From NCBI RefSeq assembly GCF_009914755.1, contig NC_060947.1: a DNA stretch of 64,000 nt; one strand, 5' to 3'. Numbering within the stretch: the stretch's first letter is position 1; each line of letters starts with the position of its first letter. The notes under the pieces are model-generated. The model saw only the letters and a list, made by a program, of their open reading frames with translations. It did no database searches and was not told where the DNA came from. This document shows positions 49,684 to 64,000 of this stretch, piece after piece. Made by a program: the position numbers and the translations under genes. Source of the DNA: the human T2T-CHM13v2.0 reference genome, Homo sapiens.

Positions 49684-52600
49684 AAGATGGCCAAATAGGA
49701 ACACTCCAGTCTGCAGCTCCCAGCAAGACCAACGCAGAAGGTGAGTGATTTCTGTATCTCCAACTGAGGTACCCTTTTCATCTCACTGGGACTGGTTAGG
49801 CAGTGGGTGCAACTCATGGAGGGAAAGCAGAAGCAGGGTGTCACCTCACCAAGGAAGTGCAAGGAGTAGGGAGCCTCCCTTTCCCAGCCAAGGGAAGCCA
49901 TGAGGGACTGTGCTATCCAGCCCAGATACTACGCTTTTCTCAGTTTTTGCAATCTGCAGACCAGGAGATTCCCTCGTGAGCCTACACCACCAGGGCCCTG
50001 GGTTTCAAGCACAAAACTGGGCAGCTGTTCGGGCAGACACCGAGCTAGCTGCCAGAGATTTTTTTCATACCCCAGTGGAGCCTGGAACCCCAGCAAGACA
50101 GAACCGGTCACTCCCCGGGAAAGGGGGCTGAAGCCAGGGAGCAAAATGGTCTCACTCAGAGGGTCCCACACTCACGGAGCCCAGCAAGTTAGGAACCACT
50201 GGCTTGAAATTCTCAATGCTAGCACAGCAGTCTTAAGTAGACCTGGGACTATAGAGCTTGGTTGGGGGAGGGTCATCCACCATTACCAAGGCTTGAGTAG
50301 GTGGTATTCCTCTGAAAGCATGAAGGAGGCCTGGAAGTTTTGACTGGGCGGAACCCAACACAGTGCGGCAAAGTGACTGTGGCCACACTGCCTCTCTAGG
50401 TTCCTCTTCATTGAGCAGTGTATCTCTGAAAGAAAGGCATCAGCCCTGTCAGGGGCTTATAGATAAAACTCCCATCTCCCTGGGACAGAGAACTTGGGGG
50501 AAGGGGTGGCTGTGGGCTCTGCTTCAGTGGACTTAAATGTTCCTGCCTGCCAGCTCTGAATAGAGCAGAGGTTGCCGACAAGGTTCTCCCAGCACAGCAC
50601 TCGAACTCTGATAAGGGACAGACTGCCTCCTCAAGTGGGTTCCTGACCCAGTGTCTATTGACTAGGAAAGAATTCCCAACAGGGGTTGACAGATGCCTCA
50701 TACAGGAGAGCTCTGGCAGGCATCAGTCCAGTGCCCCTTCTAGGATAAAACTTCCAGAGGAAGGAGCAGACAGCAATATTTGCTGTTCTGCAGCCACCGC
50801 TGGTAATATCAGGCAAATAGGGTCTGAAACCAATGAGCACAAAGAGAAAAAGCACCAGAATTGCTGGGACACAGCTAAAGCAGTGTTTAGAGGGAAATTT
50901 ATAGCACTAAATGCCCATATCAGAAAGCAGGAAAGATCTAAAGTTGACACCCTAATATCACAATTAAAAGAACTAGAGAAGCAAGAGTAAACAAATTCAA
51001 AAGCTAGCAGGAGACAAAAAAATAACTAAGATCAGAGCAGAACTGAAGGAGATAGAGACACAAAACATCCTTCAAACAAATCAATGAATCCAGGAGCTGG
51101 TTTTTTGAAAAAATCAACAAAATAGATAGACTGCTAACCAGACTAATAAAGAAGAAAACAGAGAAGAATCAAATAGACACAATAAAAAATGATAAAGGGG
51201 ATATCATTACTAATCTCACAGAAATACAAACTACCATCAGAGAATGCCATAAAAACCTCTCTGCAAATAAACTAAAAAATCTAGAAGAAATGGATAAATT
51301 CCTGAACATATACACCCTCCCAAGACTAAACCAGGAAAAAGTCGAATCCCTGAAGACACCAATGACAAGTTCTGAAATTGAGGCAGTAATTAATAGCCTG
51401 CCAACCAAAAAAGCCCAGGAACAGGCCAATTCACAGCCAAATTCTACCAGAGGTACAAAGAGGAGCTGGTACCATTCCTTCTGAAACTATTCCAAACAAT
51501 AGAAAAAGAGGAGTATCTGTGTGAAAATCCTCAATAAAATACTGCCAAACTGAATCCAGCACCACATCAAAAAGCTTATTCACCACAACCAATGCCACTC
51601 CATCCCTGGGATGCAAGGCTGGTTCAACATAGGCAAAACAATAAAGGTAATCCATCAGGACCAATGACAAAAAAAAAAAAAAACCACGTTTATCTCACTA
51701 GATGCAGAAAAGACCTTTGATAAAATTCAACATCTCTTCATGCTAGAAACTCTCAATAAACTACGTATTGATAGAACATATCTCAAAACACCAAGAGCTA
51801 TTTATGAAAAACCCATAGCCAATATCGTACTGAATGGACAAAAGCTGGAAGCATTCCCTATGAAAAACCAGCACAAGACAAAAATCCCCTCTCTCACCAC
51901 TCCTATTCAACATAGTATTGGAAGTTCCGGCCAGGGCAATCGGGCAAGAGAAAAAATAAAGGGTATTCAGATAGGAAGAGAGGAAGTAAAATCGTGTCTG
52001 CTTGCAGATGACATAATTGTATATTTAGAAAACCCCATCATCTCAGCCCAAAGACTCCTACAGCTGACAAACAACCTCAGCAAAGTCTCAGGATACAAAA
52101 TCAATGTGCAAAAATCACAAGCATTCCTATACACCAACAATAGACAAGCAGAGAGCCAAATCATGAGTGAACTCCCATTCACAATTGCCACAAAGATAAT
52201 AAACTACTTAGGAATAAAACTTACAAGGGTTGTGAAGGACCTCTTCAAGGTGAACTACAAGTCACTGCTCGAGGAAATAAGAGAGGACACAAACCAATAG
52301 AAGAACATTCCAAGCTCATGGATAGGAAGAATCAATTTTGTGAAAATGGCCATATTGCCCAAAGTAATTTATAGGTTCAATCTTATTCCCATCAATGTAT
52401 TATTGACTTTCTTCACATAATTTTTTTTAAAAACTACTTTAAATGTAATATGGAACCAAAAGAAGAGTCCACATAGCCAAGACAATCCTAAGCAAAAAGA
52501 ACAAAGCTGGAGGCATCACACTATCTAACTTCAAACTATACTACAAGTCCACAGTAACCAAAACAGCATGGCACTGGTACCAAAACAGATATATAGACCA

Positions 52601-53957
52601 ATGGAACAGAACAGAGGCCTCAGAAAAAACACTACACATCTACAACCATCTCACCTTTGACAAACCTGACAAAAGCATGAAGAAAAGATTCCCTATTTAA
52701 TAAATGGTACTGGAAAAACAGACTAGCCATAAACAGACAACTGAAACTGGGCCCCTTCCTTACACCTTATACAAAAATTAATTCAAGATGGATTAAAGAC
52801 TTAAATGTAAATCCTAAAACTATAAAACCCTAGAAGAAAACCTAGGCAATAACATTCAGGACATAGGAATGGGCAAAGACTTCATGACTAAAACACCAAA
52901 AGCAATGGCAACAAAAGCCAAAATTGACAAATGGGATCTAATTAAACTAAAGAGCTTCTGGAGAGCAAAAGTGAACATCAGAGTGAACATGCAACCTACA
53001 GAATGGGTGAAAAATTTTGCAATCTATCCAATTGTCAAAGATCTAATATCCAGAATCTACAAGGAACTTAAACAAATTTACCAGAAAAATCAAACAACCC
53101 TATTAAAAAGTGGGCAAAGGATATGGACAGACACTTTTCAAAAAAAGACATTTATGTGGTCAGCAAACATATGAAAAAAAGCTCATCATCACTGATCATT
53201 AGAGAAATGCAAATCAACACCACAATGAGATACCATCTCATGCCAGTTAGAACGGTGATCATTAACAAATCAGGAAACAACAGATGCTGGAGAGGATGTG
53301 GAGAAATAGGAACGTTTTTACAATGTTGGTGGAAGTGTAAATTAGTTCAACCATTGTGGAAGACAGTGTGGAGATTCCTCAAGGATCTAGAACCAGAAAT
53401 ACAATTTGACCCAGCAATACCATCACTGCATATGTACCCAAAGGATTATAAATCATTCTACTATAAAGACTCATGCACACATATGCTTATTGCAACACTA
53501 TTTACAACAGCAAAGACTTGGAACCAACCCAAATGTCCATCAGTGATAAACTGGATAAAGAAAATGTGGCACATATACACCATGGAATACTACGCAGCCA
53601 TAAAAAAAGAATTAGTTCAAGGCTTTGCAGGGACTTGGATGAAGCTGTTAACTATCATCCTCAGCAAACTAACACCGGAACAGACAACCAAACACTGCAA
53701 GTTCTCACTCATAAGTGGGAGATTAAGATAGAGAACACATGGACACAGGGAGGGAAACATCACACACTGGGGCCTGTTGAGGGGTGGGGGAAAAGAGGAG
53801 GGAGAGCATTAGGACAAATACCTAATGCGTGCAGGGTTTAAATCCTAGATAACAGGTTGATAGTTGCAGCAAACCACCATGACACATGTATTCTTCTGTA
53901 ACAAACCTGCACATTCAGCACATGTATCCCAGAACTTAAAGTAAAACTAAAAAGAAT
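49684..53957 (+). mobile_element. L1PA7-like element with a large internal deletion (no ORF1 or EN)
   Basis: 5'UTR joins mid-ORF2 at about 50826 (agggtctg|aaaccaatgag); 12-bp TSD agaaattataga 49672-49683 / 53958-53969. Confidence 0.9.
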
Positions 53958-53969
53958 AGAAATTATAGA

Positions 53970-54185
53970 GGAAGCAAAACAAATGGAAAGACATCTCATG
54001 ATCATGGATTAGAATTAATATTGTTTAAATTCCCATACTATCCAGGGCAATCTCTAGATTCATTACAACCCCTATCAAAATACCAATGGCATTCTTCACA
54101 GAAATAGAAAAAACAATTTAAATCTGTATGGAACCAAGAAAGATCCCAAATAGCCAAACCAATTCTGAGCAACAAAGAACAAAGC
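53970..54185 (+). mobile_element. L1MA-like host continuation
   Basis: ORF2 sequence colinear with 49683 and 60329. Confidence 0.75.
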
Positions 54186-60316
<6,131 letters not shown>

Positions 60317-60328
60317 AAAGAACAAAGC

Positions 60329-61597
60329 TGGAGGCATCACACTACTGGACTTAAAAATATACTAAAAAACACTAGTAATTAAAACAGCTTAATGCTGGTA
60401 CAAAGACAGATGCACAGACTCATGTACCAAAATACGGAACACAGAAATAATGCCATATGTTTACAGCCAACTGATTTTCCAAGAAGGTGCTGAGAGCATA
60501 CATTGGGCAAAGGACATTTTCTTCAATAAGTGGTGCTGAGAAAACTGTACATCCATATGCAAAATAATGAAACAAGACCACCATCTCTCGCCATTTACAA
60601 AAGTCAACCCAACATAAAGGCTTAAACATAAGGCCAGAAACTAGAAAACTACTTTAAGAAGAAAATAAAAGAGAAATGCTTCAGGTAATTGGTCTAGGCA
60701 AAGATCTTATGCTAAGACTACAAAAGCACAGGGAACAAAAACAAAAATAGACAAACGGGACTATATTAAACTGAAAATCTTCTACACAGCAAAGAAAGCA
60801 ATGAAATCAGTAGAGACAATCCCTTCTGAATGGGAGAAAAGAGCTGTAAACTATTCCTCTAAGAGGGGACTAATATCCAAAATACACAAGGAACTCAAAT
60901 GACTCAACAACAAATAAAAAAATTAATCCCATTAAAAAGTGGGCAAAGGATCTGAATACAGATTTGTCAAAAAGAAGATACATAAATGGCCAAAAAGCAT
61001 GTGAAAAATGCTCAACATCACTAATCATCAGGGAAATGCAAATCAAAACCATATTGAGATATCATCTCACCCCAGTTAAAATAACTATTATCAAAAAGAC
61101 AAAAAGTATCAAATCCTAACAGGAATGCAGAAAAAGATCAACAGTTGTTCATTGTTCATGGGAACAGACAGTCGTACAGCCATTATGGAAAACAGCATGG
61201 AGGTTTCTCAAAAAAAACTAAAAATAGAACTAACATAAAACCCAGCAATTCCACTACTGGACATTTATCCAAAGGAAGGCAAATCAGTATAACAAGGGAT
61301 ACCTGCACCCCTGTGTTTAATGTAGCACTGTATATTCAGCCATTAAAAAGAATAAAATCATATTGGTCACAGCAACATAGACAGAACTGGAGGTCATTAT
61401 GTTAAGGGAAATAATTCAGGGAAAGAAAGACTAACATCACGTAGAGATACAGAGTAGAATGATGGTTCCCAGAAACACGGAAGGGTGTGGGGGGTAATAA
61501 AGAGAGGTTTCTTAATGGGTGAAAACATGCAGTTAGGTAGAAGAAATAAGTTCTAGTGTTTGATAGGATAGTGGCATGACTATAGTTAACAATAATT
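60329..61597 (+). mobile_element. L1MA2-4-like host: ORF2 end and 3'UTR
   Basis: agggatacctgcaccc and aataagttctagtgtttgat...gactatagttaacaataat L1MA-type 3'UTR. Confidence 0.75.
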
Positions 61598-62776
61598 TCT
61601 CTTTTTTTCAACTTTTATTTTAAGTTCAGGGGTACATGTGCAGGATATGCAGGTTTGTTATATAAACGTGTGCCAAGGTGGTTTACTGCACAGGTCATCC
61701 CATCACCCAGGTATTAAGCCCAGCATCCATTAGCTTTTCTTCCTGATGCACTCCCCTCCAACCCCCCGAGGAGTCCCCAGTGTGTGTTGTCCCCCCCACA
61801 TGTGTCCATGTGTTCTCATTGATCAGCTCCCACTTACAAGTAAGAACATGCAGTGTTTGGTTTTCTGTTCCTGCGTTACTTTGCTGAGAATAATGGCTTC
61901 CATCTCCATCCATCTCCCTGCAAAGGACAAGATCTCATTCCTTTTTATGGCTGCATAGTGTGTATATGTACCATCTCGTATATGTACCACATTTTCTTTA
62001 TCCAGTCTATCATTGATGGGCATGTAGGTTGATTCCATGACTTTTCTATTGTAAATAGTGCTGCAGTGAACATATGCATGCATGTATCTTTATAATAGCA
62101 TGATTTATATTTTGGCTATATACCCAGTAATGGGATTGCTGGGTCAAATGGTATTTCTGCCTCTAGGTCTTTGAGGAATCACCACACTGTCTTCCACAAT
62201 GGTTGAACACCAACAAAGTAAAAGTGTTCCTTTTCCTCCACAACCTTGCCAGTGTCTGTGGTTTTTTGACTTTTTAGTAATAGCCATTCTTCTTGGCATC
62301 AGATCGTATCTCACTGTGGCTTTGATTTGCATTTGTCTAATGATCCGTCATGTGGAGCTTTTTTTCTTTTCGTGTTTGTTGGCCACATGTGTGTCTTCTT
62401 TTGAGAAGTGTCTGTTCATGTTCTTTACCCACTTTTTAATAGGCTTGTTGTTGTTTGTTTTTTTTTTCTTGTAGATTTGTTTAAGCTCCTTCTAGATTCT
62501 GGACATTAGACCTTTGTCAGATGGATAGATTGCAAAAAATTTCTCCTATGTTGTAAGTTGTCTGTTCACTCTGATGATCATTTCTTCTGTTGCACAGAAT
62601 CACTTTAACTAGATCCCATTTGTCAATTTTGGCTTTTGTATCAATTGCTTTGGCTTTTTTGTCATGAAATCTTTGCCCATGCCTACATCACAAATGATAT
62701 TGCCTAGATTTTCTTCTAGGGTTATTATAGTTTGGGGTTTTATATTTCAGTCTTTAATCCTTCTTGAGTTAAATTT

Positions 62777-62891
62777 TGTATATGATGTAAGGAAGGGTTC
62801 CAGTTTCAATTTTCTGTATATGATGTAAGGAAGGGTTCCAGTTTCAGTTTTCTGTATATGATGTAAGGAAGGGTTCCAGTTTTCAGTTTTC
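62777..62891. repeat. 38-bp unit, three tandem copies
   Basis: tgtatatgatgtaaggaagggttccagtttca(a/g)ttttc starting at 62777, 62815 and 62853. Confidence 0.95.
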
Positions 62892-63515
62892 AGCTAGCCA
62901 GTGGCTAGCTGGTTCTCCCAGCACCATTTTAAATAGGAAATACTTTCCCCATTGCTCCTTTTGGTCAGGTTTGTCAAAGATCAGATGGTTGTAGGTGTGC
63001 AGTCTTATTTCTGGGTTCTCATTCTGTTCCATTGGTCTATGTGTCTGTTTTTGTACCAGTACCACTCTGTTTTGGTTACTGTAGCTTTGTAGTATAGTTT
63101 GAAGTCAGGTAGTGTGATGTCTCCGTTTGTTCTTTTAGCTTAGGGTTCACTTGGCTATTTGGGATCTTTTTTAGTTCCATATAACTTTTAAAATAGTTTT
63201 TCCAATTCTGTGAAGAATGCCAATGGTATTTTAATGGGAATAGCATTGAATCAATAAATTACTTTGGGAAGCATGGTCATTTTTATGATATTGATACTTC
63301 CCATCCATGAGCATGAAATGTTTCTCCATCTGTTTGTATCCTCTCTGATTTCTCTGAGCAGTCAGTGGTTTGTAGTTCTCCTTGAGGTCCTTCAATTCCT
63401 AGGTATTTTATTCTTTTTGTAGCAATTGTGAATGGAAATTCATTCATGATTTGGCTCTCTGCTTGCCTGTTGTTGGTGTATAGAATTGCTAGTGATTTTT
63501 GCACATTGATTTTAT

Positions 63516-63797
63516 TTATCTATTTATTTATTTAATTTATTGAGACGGTGTCTCACTCTGATGCCCTGGCTGGAGTGCAGTAGCATAATCTTGACTTGCT
63601 CCAGTCTCCACCTCCTGGGTTCAAGCAATTCTCCTGCATTAGCCTCCTGAGTAGCTGGGATTACAGTTGCACACCACCACACCTGGCTAATTTTTGTATT
63701 TTTAGTAGAGATGGGGTTTCACCATGTTTGACAGGCTAGTCTTGAACTCCTCAGCCTCCCAAAGTGCTGAGATTACAGGTGTGAGCCACCGTGCAGG
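63516..63797 (-). mobile_element. AluS, antisense, with a small internal deletion
   Basis: Reverse Alu with (TTTA)n tail; 10-bp TSD ttgattttat 63506-63515 / 63798-63807. Confidence 0.9.
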
Positions 63798-64000
63798 TTG
63801 ATTTTATATCCTGAGAATTTGCTGAAGTTGTTTATCAGCTTAAGAAGGTTTTGGGCTAAGATGATGGGGTTTCCTAGATATAGAATCATGTTATCTTCAA
63901 ACAAAGATAATTTGACATCCTCTCTTCCTATTTGAACACACTTTATTTCTTCCTCTTGCCTGATTTCCCTACCAGTATCTTGAAATAAACTCTGTTGGAT

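Larger units (their letters stand above)
61598..64000 (-). mobile_element. L1PA10-12-like element, antisense, running off the window
   Basis: T-tail, catcccatcacccaggtattaagcccagcatccattagc 3'UTR; minus-strand ORF2 fragments. Confidence 0.85.

Overview
This is hominid (great-ape or human) genomic DNA made almost entirely of nested retroelements. I found no host gene, exon, RNA gene or unique sequence. It contains several full-length or near-full-length dead L1s (L1PA4-5, L1PA7/8, L1PA15-16 and L1MA types), a complete HERV-E provirus (464-bp LTR2-type LTRs, tRNA-Glu PBS, ATAT TSD) with an L1PA2 3' fragment in its gag zinc knuckle, a full-length SVA, MaLR elements (MST/THE1), a MER50 solo LTR and four Alus. 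The most striking signal is sequence exchange among independently inserted L1 copies. Two inverted L1s share a 462-bp tract with one mismatch (27274-27735 vs 42471-42932), another pair shares a 122-bp identical tract, three copies share an ORF2 stop codon, and private variants are shared in a patchwork. Together these point to repeated local non-allelic gene conversion. The two HERV-E LTRs also show a sharp step in divergence. Subfamily names come from recalled consensus features, not a database search.
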